Of a stretch of 64,000 bases of DNA, positions 48,227 to 56,513 are shown piece after piece. Made by a program: the position numbers and the translations under genes. The number at the start of each line of letters is the position of its first letter. Position 1 is the first letter of the stretch. This DNA is from an uncultured bacterium (GTDB taxonomy: Bacteria; Bacillota_I; Bacilli_A; RFN20; CAG-826): assembly GCA_949299165.1 (NCBI GenBank), contig CASFZJ010000002.1, positions 4,924 through 68,923 of the forward strand. The letters run 5' to 3'. The notes beneath the pieces were generated by a model. That model did no database searches. It was not told the DNA's origin and saw nothing but the letters and a program-made list of their open reading frames with translations.

Positions 48227-48645
48227 ATCCTTTTTCCTCCTTCAACTGTTATTAATCTTTCGCCAAGTAATTCATCATTAAGATAAATCTTGGTTGAATA
48301 TAAACCACTTTCTTTAAAAAGAATATTTTTAAACTCAAATCTTAAGTTTATGCTAGTTAAGTTTTTATCGTTAATTTCTTCTTTTTTAACTTTAGGAATA
48401 GTAATTTCGCCAGAATTAAATAAAATTTCTTTTGTCCCGAAATCTTGTTGAAAAACAAGTTTTATTTTGTTTTCTTTTTCATTATCAACACCTAAAAGCG
48501 AAAATACGACTGAAAAAGTAATGGCTCCAGGTAAACAATCTGATTTTAAAGCGCACAAAACATTCAATGCATTAATTGCATTAAGGTCACTAGATATTTG
48601 GCTATCTGCACAATAAACAAAGTTTGTTAAAGTTACCATAATCAC
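48223..48645 (-). CDS. Cassette gene A1 (unknown function; paralog of 54218-54664)
   Basis: 140 aa. Shares TLTNFVYCADSQ / TVTNFIFCENSK and NILFKESGLYSTKIYLNDELLGERLI / NILFKKEGECIAKIFFDDELIGEKHI blocks with A2. Confidence 0.5.
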   Translation of the reverse strand: MIMVTLTNFVYCADSQISSDLNAINALNVLCALKSDCLPGAITFSVVFSLLGVDNEKENKIKLVFQQDFGTKEILFNSGEITIPKVKKEEINDKNLTSINLRFEFKNILFKESGLYSTKIYLNDELLGERLITVEGGKRI

Positions 48646-48727
48646 CTCTTGTTTTTATTATAATTTAAAATTAGGTGAACGACTATTGGAGAAAGAGCTG
48701 TCGTTCGTGATCGTTTGTTCATATTCT

Positions 48728-48820
48728 CTAAAGAGCTTCTTGCTTCATAGATGCCACTATTTCAGGTATTTCATCTCCACAAGCTTGAATTCCGGGCATG
48801 ACTTCCGTACTGAATTTAAT
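48728..48820 (-). ncRNA. Orphan IS605 right-end / omega-RNA-like element without an adjacent tnpB
   Basis: About 70% identity over 93 nt to the element abutting the tnpB stop codon at 22476-22579. It includes the shared core AAGCTTGAATTCCGGG...GAC-TCCGTACT-AATTTAAT, has the same relative orientation, and lies directly upstream of cassette gene A1. The ORF-track ORF 48686-48901 overlapping it is probably non-coding. Confidence 0.45.
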
Positions 48821-49057
48821 AGCTGGTTATTTTTGTTATTTTGCTATGTGTATACATACACTTCTTCCGTTTTGTCTCATATAGCTATCATTAATGAGTA
48901 GAAGCAATATTTCGGTGTAGCAGACCTACTTTCCTTAAAATTTAAACTTTAAGTTAAGTCATTTGAAAATACCTCCTCACTTATTACAAAGGAGATTAAA
49001 ATCAAAAACGTTAAAAATATTTTTCAAAAATTAAATTTTCTTCAAATTTCTATGAAA

Positions 49058-49225
49058 TGAAAAACCTAACTTTTTGCAAATTTCTTTATTTTATAAACAT
49101 AGAATTTTGCAAATTTTGCTATTTTGAAAACCTAGAATTTTGCAAATTTTGGTGTTTTAGAAACATAGAATTTTGTAAATTTTCATATTTTTAGAAACTA
49201 AGTTTTTACAAATTTCGAGATTATA
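49058..49225. repeat. Approximately 34-bp tandem repeat array (about 5 units) with a palindromic TTTGCAAA core in each unit (iteron-like)
   Basis: Units such as AAACATAGAATTTTGCAAATTTTGCTATTTTG repeated head-to-tail with progressive degeneration; non-coding, AT-rich. Confidence 0.6.
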
Positions 49226-49652
49226 AATATCATTTTTATGTAAACACTTATTAAATTTATTTTTTTTGCGGATAAGATTAATTAATCACAATTTTTTTAA
49301 ACTTTCTTTCGTTGTATAAAGTAAATCAAACTTTTTAATAAAATATGATCTAGTATAAACGAATTTAAGAATTCAGTAGCAAAAATATAAAGAAATTTTC
49401 TAAAAGAGTTTATCAGTTAATATATGCTTCTTCGTGTGTCAAGAATACAACTAATTTAATTAATATTTTTTTATTTCTAGACTCAGCGTATTGAAGCTTC
49501 AAAAAATATTATTCAAAAAAATAGGAATTTTTTAAAATTAGCGACAAAATTTGAAAAATAATAAAATATGGTATTTCTGCGATGTTTTTTAACTTAAATA
49601 TTAGTTTTTTTATTAATTTTCAAAAAAATTAAATCTTAAATTTCCGGCACTT

Positions 49653-49720
49653 TGTCGCTTTCGTGTCGCTTTCGTGTCGTTTTCGTGTCGTTTTCGTGTC
49701 GCTTTCGTGTCGTTTTCGTT
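49653..49720. repeat. 11-bp tandem repeat array TCGTGTCG(C/T)TT, about 6 units, abutting a promoter -10 element
   Basis: TGTCGCTT then five full units TCGTGTCGCTT/TCGTGTCGTTT, then TCGTT, immediately followed by TGATATAAT. Confidence 0.75.
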
Positions 49721-49728
49721 GATATAAT
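49720..49728 (+). promoter_or_regulatory. Extended -10 promoter element (TGATATAAT) for the downstream Schlafen-like gene
   Basis: TGnTATAAT 33 nt upstream of ATG 49761, the same 9-mer as upstream of tRNA-Thr. Confidence 0.4.
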
Positions 49729-49751
49729 TTCTTTTTTATGCTAAATTAACT

Positions 49752-51080
49752 TTGTGTTTTATGGATTTATTTGAGTCAAACAGAATAGAATTTAAAGCAA
49801 AAATTACTGATCAACTTGTACGTGAGATAGTCGCGTTTTTGAACACTGATGGCGGAAAAATATATATAGGTATTAGCGATGATGGCAAAGTTATTGGTAC
49901 AAAAAATATTGATGAATCGCTTAGAATCATATCTGATATTGTTTGCTCTCAAATTGAACCATCTCCAATAGAATTAGTAAAAAGTGATATTCATTTTTTA
50001 GAGAACCAACCAGTTATTGTGGTTAATGTTGATAAAGGGACTGAATCAATTTATTGTATTAAAAAATATGGTTTTTCAAGTGTAGGCTGCCCAATAAGAG
50101 TTGGATCTACTTGCCGAGAAATGAGTCAAGAGCAAGTTCAATACAGATATAAAATGCGCTATTCTGATGATGATTTGTTAGTTTCATCACCGACAAACTT
50201 ACCTGAACTTTCGTTTGTTACTTTAAAAAATTATTATTCAAATATTGGCCTTAAATTAAATGACGAAAATTTCAAAAACAACCTCAATCTCCTGAACAAA
50301 AAAGGCCAATATAATAAATTAGCAGAATTAGTTTCGGATAATAGTCGCTATTCATTTATCTTTGTTAAGTTTGAAGGAGCAAATAAGGCTTCACTTTCAC
50401 AAAGAAGCAACTATGGAAACAAATCTATATTATTTGCTTATGAACAAATGAAAAATCGAATTGAAGCTGAAAACATCTGCATCTCTGATACAACCACAAG
50501 ACCAAGAATCGATAAATTTCTATATAACATCGAATCTGTTGATGAAGCCATTATCAATGCAATAGTCCACAATGATTGGAGTGTTGGAGAACCACAAGTT
50601 GCTTTTTTTAACAATAGAATTGAGATTATCTCTCATGGTGGTTTACCACATAATTTAACTAAGGAAGAATACTTTGCTGGAATTACAAAACCTAGAAATG
50701 CCGCTTTAATGAAAATATTTTCTGATTTAGATATCGCAGATAATACTGGACATGGCATTCCAACTATTATTGAACATTATGGTAAAGATGTTTTTGATAT
50801 TGAACCAAATCACATTATAATAAGCATTCCGTTTGATAAAGATATACTAGAAAGATTCAAAAGAGAGCATACCGATATAATCAATTTTGATTTGAATGAA
50901 CCAGAAAAGTTGATATTAGAACAACTTTCACTTGACCCAACAACTACTGCACAAAAAATCGCATTAAAACTCAAAAAAAGTCGAAGAACTATCGAGCGTT
51001 ATTTAAAATCCTTACAAGCAAAAGATTATATTGAACGAGTTGGAACCATACGAAATGGTTATTGGAAAATAATAAAGTAA
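49752..51080 (+). CDS. AlbA_2 (Schlafen-like) domain protein with C-terminal histidine-kinase-like ATPase and wHTH (paralog of 26727-28142)
   Basis: N-terminal AFLNTDGGKIYIGISDDGKVIGT AlbA_2 core; C-terminal block paralogous to the first copy. Likely ATG start at 49761. Confidence 0.65.
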   Translation: MCFMDLFESNRIEFKAKITDQLVREIVAFLNTDGGKIYIGISDDGKVIGTKNIDESLRIISDIVCSQIEPSPIELVKSDIHFLENQPVIVVNVDKGTESIYCIKKYGFSSVGCPIRVGSTCREMSQEQVQYRYKMRYSDDDLLVSSPTNLPELSFVTLKNYYSNIGLKLNDENFKNNLNLLNKKGQYNKLAELVSDNSRYSFIFVKFEGANKASLSQRSNYGNKSILFAYEQMKNRIEAENICISDTTTRPRIDKFLYNIESVDEAIINAIVHNDWSVGEPQVAFFNNRIEIISHGGLPHNLTKEEYFAGITKPRNAALMKIFSDLDIADNTGHGIPTIIEHYGKDVFDIEPNHIIISIPFDKDILERFKREHTDIINFDLNEPEKLILEQLSLDPTTTAQKIALKLKKSRRTIERYLKSLQAKDYIERVGTIRNGYWKIIK

Positions 51081-51643
51081 CTAATTATTTAAAAACAAAT
51101 ATCTCTAATATTTAAAACCAATCCAAAATAAATATTAAGTGCCGGCACTTGTTCTTTTTACTTGTTCGCATTAGATTGGTCAAATTCTTCGACATTCTGA
51201 CGCTTCTATATTTTATTTCAGAAATTAGATCAGAGAATAAACAATAAATTCATTCAAAATGTAGCAAGCTATTTTTAAAACAAAATTAATTTGAACAGTT
51301 TAACCGTTTTATATTGCTTTTATCTTTTTGCGATTATAGTCTTTTTTTAACTTCAATTACTTCATCAATTGAAAATAAAATAAATAACTTCGTGCGAAGT
51401 TCGTGCGAACTAATCGTTCTCTTACCTCTTTTGTCATTATCATTTGAAAAATGATATAAAATCACTTGAATATTGAATAATAATAAGCAACAATACGCGA
51501 AAAAAATTGAGTTTTGCAGGGTTTTTACTTTAAATGTAACTAAAAACTTTTACGTCAATATATAAAATTACTTTAATAAAACTTTTCCTTTCTAGTTAAA
51601 ATACTAAGTGCCGGCACAACTTCTCCATCATTTTTCACATCAA

Positions 51644-52933
51644 CTATTTAGACTGGTCATCGTTATTCTTTTCTTCGCCAATCAATCTTACAAGGTCACT
51701 CCTTTTAAGTATTTTATTTTTAACTACTTCATCTGCGATTATACTTAGTACCTTTTTATATTTTCTAAGTCTTCTTTTTACAATGTGATAGGTTTTCATC
51801 ATGAATTTATTTACTCTTTTTGCGTAAGTCTTTTTCTCATATTCACTTATTGACTCACCACGATATCTTAAAGATTTAGGTGCGTGGAAATCGATTGCGT
51901 TTATGTTTACTCCGTTCAGTAAATTAAATGAAGAAGTGTAGGCTTTTTCTAAATCATTAGAACATCCTATATCGTGTTTTTTATAGAAAAGTTCTTCAGC
52001 GACTAATCCTGCAAGTGCTATTTGAATGTCTTCAATCTGATTTTCTCGATTATCCTCAAAAAGATCAGTTGAATAGGTATATCCTCTTTGCTCATAACAT
52101 CTAATTCTAAAAAACTTTTTGCTTCTAGAAAATTTATAAATATATAAGGCGTGTCCTGCTTCATGAAGTGCGATGACTCTAGGCACAACATAGTCTTCTT
52201 TACTTTCAACACATCCCGTATCTAAAAAAGTTAATTCATTAATAAAATCATCAAGTTCTGCCTCTTTACCCTTTTTAAAATAAACCATATTAAAAAGTGT
52301 TTTGATTTTGCTAATTGATGAGCCAGATAAATGTTGTCTTAATTCTTCAATTTCGTCGTCCACTCTTTCAATATTAAAACCTCTATCTTTTAATAAATGC
52401 TTGATGATCTCTTTTAATTCTTTATTATTAAAAACTTTAATTTCATATTTTCGATCAAAACGACCTTCTCTTACTAAAGAATCTGGTAAGTCGTAATAAA
52501 AATTGGCACTAGCGAGTGTTAAAACATTCCCTTCTTTTTTAAATCCATCAAGTTCAGTTTGTAAAACTCTTTCAAGTTTTGTATCGCGCTCTACAAGACG
52601 ATCTACCTCATCAATTATTATAATTGCGCCTTTTTCTTCTTTTTTAGCTTCTTTATAAGTCGAAACTAAAACTTCATCTAAATTTTCTTTATCTCCTTCG
52701 ATAACAAAAATTTTATAGTCAAAAGTTTTAGCGAATTCTCTCATGAGCAAAGTTTTCCCTTGCCCTGGATCGCCATAAAACAAAATTCCATGAGGTAAAA
52801 ATTCTCTTTTATCTTCTTCTAATTCATTATTTAAATACCATCCTAAAATCTCATATAACTCATCTTTAACGCCTTGATATCCATAAACTTTTGATAAAAA
52901 CTCATTTCTTGAATTCATAATTTTTAGCCTCAC
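51644..52933 (-). CDS. Soluble FtsH-like AAA+ ATPase with C-terminal M41-type zinc metalloprotease domain (no transmembrane region)
   Basis: Walker A GDPGQGKT, Walker B IIIIDEVD. HEAGHAL zinc motif and downstream GCSNDLEKAY matching the FtsH peptidase region (HEAGHA... / GASNDIERAT). 429 aa, lacking the FtsH N-terminal TM and periplasmic part. Confidence 0.65.
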   Translation of the reverse strand: MRLKIMNSRNEFLSKVYGYQGVKDELYEILGWYLNNELEEDKREFLPHGILFYGDPGQGKTLLMREFAKTFDYKIFVIEGDKENLDEVLVSTYKEAKKEEKGAIIIIDEVDRLVERDTKLERVLQTELDGFKKEGNVLTLASANFYYDLPDSLVREGRFDRKYEIKVFNNKELKEIIKHLLKDRGFNIERVDDEIEELRQHLSGSSISKIKTLFNMVYFKKGKEAELDDFINELTFLDTGCVESKEDYVVPRVIALHEAGHALYIYKFSRSKKFFRIRCYEQRGYTYSTDLFEDNRENQIEDIQIALAGLVAEELFYKKHDIGCSNDLEKAYTSSFNLLNGVNINAIDFHAPKSLRYRGESISEYEKKTYAKRVNKFMMKTYHIVKRRLRKYKKVLSIIADEVVKNKILKRSDLVRLIGEEKNNDDQSK

Positions 52934-53015
52934 TTTCTAAGTGAGTTCATTATAAAAAGAAAAATGTCCTAAAAAAGGGACATCAAATAATAAATTGATA
53001 AAGATAGCGCCAACA

Positions 53016-54020
53016 CTAACCTTTTAAATAATCTAACAAGATATTTTTAATTTTATCTTTTAAGAAAGATGGAGAAATTACTTTTACTACTTGAAGATAT
53101 TGTAAACACCAAAATAAAATTGCATTTTCATTACCTTTAATATAGGCAAAAATTTCATCATTTTCATTTACGATATAAGAGTTTTCATTAAACCAATCTT
53201 TAACAAATAAAACTGCGTGTTCGTTTTTGAGTTTAATTTTAGCTTCAATTATTTCTCCACCATAAAAATAAATATGGTTATTAATATATTCAGTGATTTC
53301 AAAATCTTTATATTTAGAATCTAGATCTTTTAATGCAGTGTAATATTTATCGCTTTCAATTATTTCAACATCCTTTAAATAATCAATTCGAAAAGTGTTA
53401 AGCGTTTTATAATCAGCTCGATAATTACATAAAAGATAGTATCGTCCTGAATTATTTACGAGGAAATAAGGCGAAACTTTATAAATAAATCCATTCAAGC
53501 GATAAACTTCTTTTCCATATTTATCATAATCAATTACTTTAAAAGCTACTCGCTTTTTGTTTTTAATCGCTTCAAGAAGAAGCGAAATAGTATACATTAT
53601 TTCATTATTTTTAGTTCTAGCAACTTCGCTAGTTTTATAGAGATATGAAGAGTTAAAATTAAAAAGTTCTTTTTCTTTATTTTGTGAAAATGTCGAAGAT
53701 ATCTTTTTAATTAAATTTTTAGCTTCTTTAGCGTTAATACTCCTACTAGAAAATATTGAATCAATTAAATAATTCGCTTCTGTTTCATCAAAAAGACGAG
53801 AAAATAAAGCAACTCCACCTTTTTCTTTCCTAACTAAGTCATAACCTAATTCTTCAAGTAAATTTAAAGAATAAGCGATAGATTTTCTTTCTAACTCAAC
53901 GCCATATAATTCATATATCTTATTAATAATATCTTGTTGAGTTAAAAAATGTTCTTCATCACTATATTTTTCTAAAACTTTAAGAACTAATAATATTGAT
54001 GCTTTTTTGTTTTCGATCAT
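53016..54020 (-). CDS. HTH-WYL-domain transcriptional regulator (BrxR/CapW-like)
   Basis: N-terminal wHTH region, central WYL-like block RYYLLCNYRADYKTLNTFRIDYLKDVEII, about 330 aa as in BrxR-type regulators. Confidence 0.6.
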   Translation of the reverse strand: MIENKKASILLVLKVLEKYSDEEHFLTQQDIINKIYELYGVELERKSIAYSLNLLEELGYDLVRKEKGGVALFSRLFDETEANYLIDSIFSSRSINAKEAKNLIKKISSTFSQNKEKELFNFNSSYLYKTSEVARTKNNEIMYTISLLLEAIKNKKRVAFKVIDYDKYGKEVYRLNGFIYKVSPYFLVNNSGRYYLLCNYRADYKTLNTFRIDYLKDVEIIESDKYYTALKDLDSKYKDFEITEYINNHIYFYGGEIIEAKIKLKNEHAVLFVKDWFNENSYIVNENDEIFAYIKGNENAILFWCLQYLQVVKVISPSFLKDKIKNILLDYLKG

Positions 54021-54217
54021 AAGTTTTCTCTTGATTATATTATAGAGGAATTATCGTTAAGAAAGAGTTAAAATGTTCATTAATCTAATTAAATTGTGTT
54101 TTTATATATAAAATTCTGAAAAATATTAAGGTTTTGCAAGGATTTTCAATAATATAGACAATATATACGGAAAAATAATTAAAGTCCTGTCACTTCACCT
54201 TTTGCCTTCACTAAGCA

Positions 54218-54664
54218 TTGAAAATATGGCCAAAAACAAATAAAATAATTACTAAGGAGACAAAGAAGATTATGGCAACTGTTACAAACTTTATTTTTTG
54301 TGAAAATTCTAAAATCGACGAAAACGGAAATACTTCTGTCGTTAATATTTTAAACTATTTTTCTTTATCAATATTGCCAACTCAATTTACTTTTGATCTC
54401 TATTTTACAGTAGCTAAATTTGAAACAGGCGATCACAAGATAAAATTTATTATGCTTGATAGTGACAATAATATCCTCGCAGAAACTCCTGACATAAATG
54501 TTAAATTATTAAAAACATCCGACACAATTGATGATGTAAATTTTGTTAATTTCACTTTAAATCTTCGAAATATTCTTTTTAAAAAAGAAGGTGAATGCAT
54601 CGCAAAAATATTTTTTGACGATGAACTAATAGGAGAAAAACATATTTATGCGAACAAGAAATGA
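54218..54664 (+). CDS. Cassette gene A2 (unknown function; paralog of 48223-48645)
   Basis: 148 aa; see A1. Overlaps the B2 start by 17 nt. Confidence 0.5.
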   Translation: MKIWPKTNKIITKETKKIMATVTNFIFCENSKIDENGNTSVVNILNYFSLSILPTQFTFDLYFTVAKFETGDHKIKFIMLDSDNNILAETPDINVKLLKTSDTIDDVNFVNFTLNLRNILFKKEGECIAKIFFDDELIGEKHIYANKK

Positions 54665-55130
54665 AATCTTAGCATTTACTCCTCTTTACACTTTAAGTGC
54701 TACTAGTACGACAAAAAATATTAAAAAAAGTAAGCCAAACTACAATTTTAATCAAGCAAAATTTAATGACTCAACTTTAAATTTAAACCGCTTTATTAAT
54801 ATCAAGGCAATTGAGTCGCTCGAAAGCTTAAAAGAAAATCGGAATGGTTATGGGGCGCACTCCTTTGATAAAAAGACTATTCAAAGATTTTTATCTATTA
54901 TTAATTTTTTAGAAATACAACCAAAAATTTCCCCTACCGGAAGAAAAACTTTAGTTTTGGCTTATGAAAAAGATAAAGATGAAAAACTATCATTTGAAAT
55001 TTTTGAAAACAAGATTGATTGCGCCTATTTAAATATGAAAGATTTTTCAAAATCTTATATCAAACAAGTTAACGAAAGTGATCTTAATCAAGAAATAAAT
55101 AAATTTTATGGAAAAAGTTTATCTATATAG
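54648..55130 (+). CDS. Cassette gene B2 (unknown function; paralog of 47750-48226)
   Basis: 160 aa; see B1. Overlaps the next gene by 23 nt. Confidence 0.5.
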   Translation: MRTRNEILAFTPLYTLSATSTTKNIKKSKPNYNFNQAKFNDSTLNLNRFINIKAIESLESLKENRNGYGAHSFDKKTIQRFLSIINFLEIQPKISPTGRKTLVLAYEKDKDEKLSFEIFENKIDCAYLNMKDFSKSYIKQVNESDLNQEINKFYGKSLSI

Positions 55131-55482
55131 ATCTATTAGTAAAGGTGGAATGGATTATTTTTTAAGCAACTCCAGTTGGGTTGGAGCTTTTTTAGATGAT
55201 AGCAAAGATGGTTGCTCTGTCGAATATCAAGGAAAACGAACTGATTTAGATATTTCTAAAGAATTCAGTATCAGATTCGGAAAAAATAAGGGATTCTATG
55301 GTGTTGCAAAATTGATCGAAAGTCAAATCACGTCTGCTACCAATTTTAATCTTGGTGTAAAAAGCGCACCTAGTAAGAATAATTCAAACCACGCATTAAT
55401 TTACGACTTGAACATTGGTCAAATTAACGTTTTACAAGCAAGTTTTCTTGCAACTATCTGCGAAGTTTATGGATTGATTTAA
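55108..55482 (+). CDS. Hypothetical protein C2 translationally coupled to cassette A2-B2 (no counterpart in the first cassette copy)
   Basis: 124-aa ORF overlapping B2; no motif recognised. Confidence 0.35.
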   Translation: MEKVYLYRSISKGGMDYFLSNSSWVGAFLDDSKDGCSVEYQGKRTDLDISKEFSIRFGKNKGFYGVAKLIESQITSATNFNLGVKSAPSKNNSNHALIYDLNIGQINVLQASFLATICEVYGLI

Positions 55483-55633
55483 ACAAAAAATAAGTCTTAT
55501 ATCATGAGACAAGAGAGATTCAATCTAAAAATCTAAATTACATAATTGATAATCAAAATTCTTAGATATAAAAACGATTTCATAAATTTAATGCAAGTTT
55601 TGCATACTTTTCATTTGAACAAATATTTTTATT

Positions 55634-56160
55634 ATGTTTTTCAATATCCTTTGCTTGAGTGTTAATAATTCGTCTTCATTATCTTTTAGAGGCAATCTTA
55701 TGGCAGAATTTAAATGTGTAAATACAACATCTCCTAACATTAAAGAAAACATTGAAATTAATTCTCCAGATAAGTATATCGAATCATTTGACAACGCTTC
55801 AATAAAAGGCATCACCGTAACGAAAAAAGAATTATCTACATTTCAAGAAAAGTCAAAAACACCATTCTAACTTTTAAAGATAGTGTCCTAAACGAAAATC
55901 AATTTTGTCTAGCTAATTACATCAACGAACTCAGTCAACAAAATGAATGGCCAAGATTTCTTAAGAGTGCGTATTTCACTCTTACTGAATTTGAATTAAC
56001 ATAATTACTTTCCGCAATATTTTTATCGGATATTAATGTATTTACTAAGGAAATTAAAAATCTTTTAGTTGAACGCACAACAAGATATCTAAATACCGAA
56101 CTTTCTGATATTGCTAAAGGATACTTACATCTTTATGCAAGCGAATATAAAAATTAAAAG
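55634..56160 (+). pseudogene. Probable decayed gene remnants (frame-shifted fragments with in-frame stops)
   Basis: Short ORFs in different frames (55634-55870 and 55909-56158, the latter with an internal TAA). The 650-bp region has no intact gene, at the boundary between the accessory island and the polysaccharide locus. Confidence 0.25.
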
Positions 56161-56513
56161 TAAACCACTGTTTAAGATGAGTTGGTGATGATTTTTGCTT
56201 AGTATAAACCTTGCCTTTAATGACAACAAATACCATTTAAATTATTAATTCACCTTTGTGATTTTTAACATCAAAATACCAGCACTTATATTTTTTTCAC
56301 TTTATAAGTTAAATTTAAAAATATAGCGAGTTTGTTTATCAAATATGATATTATCCTCTGTATCAAAATCAAACAATTGAAACTTGTTTAAATTAATTGC
56401 AATTTTTAAAGTGCTTCAAACATTAACTGGTTTTTCTAAAGCCGCTGTAAATGTAATTTCTTCATCTCCAAGTAAAGAATGAATGTAAGTGCTTCTTATA
56501 AGCATAATAATAT

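Noticed and set aside
48686-48901. 71-aa plus-strand ORF
   Set aside because: Overlaps the conserved right-end/omega-RNA-like element, whose conservation pattern (nucleotide blocks, not codon-wise) indicates RNA or DNA function rather than coding.
49058-49720. Possible CRISPR array
   Set aside because: The repeats are contiguous head-to-tail (34-bp and 11-bp units) without unique spacers, and no cas genes are present. These are tandem repeats, not a CRISPR.
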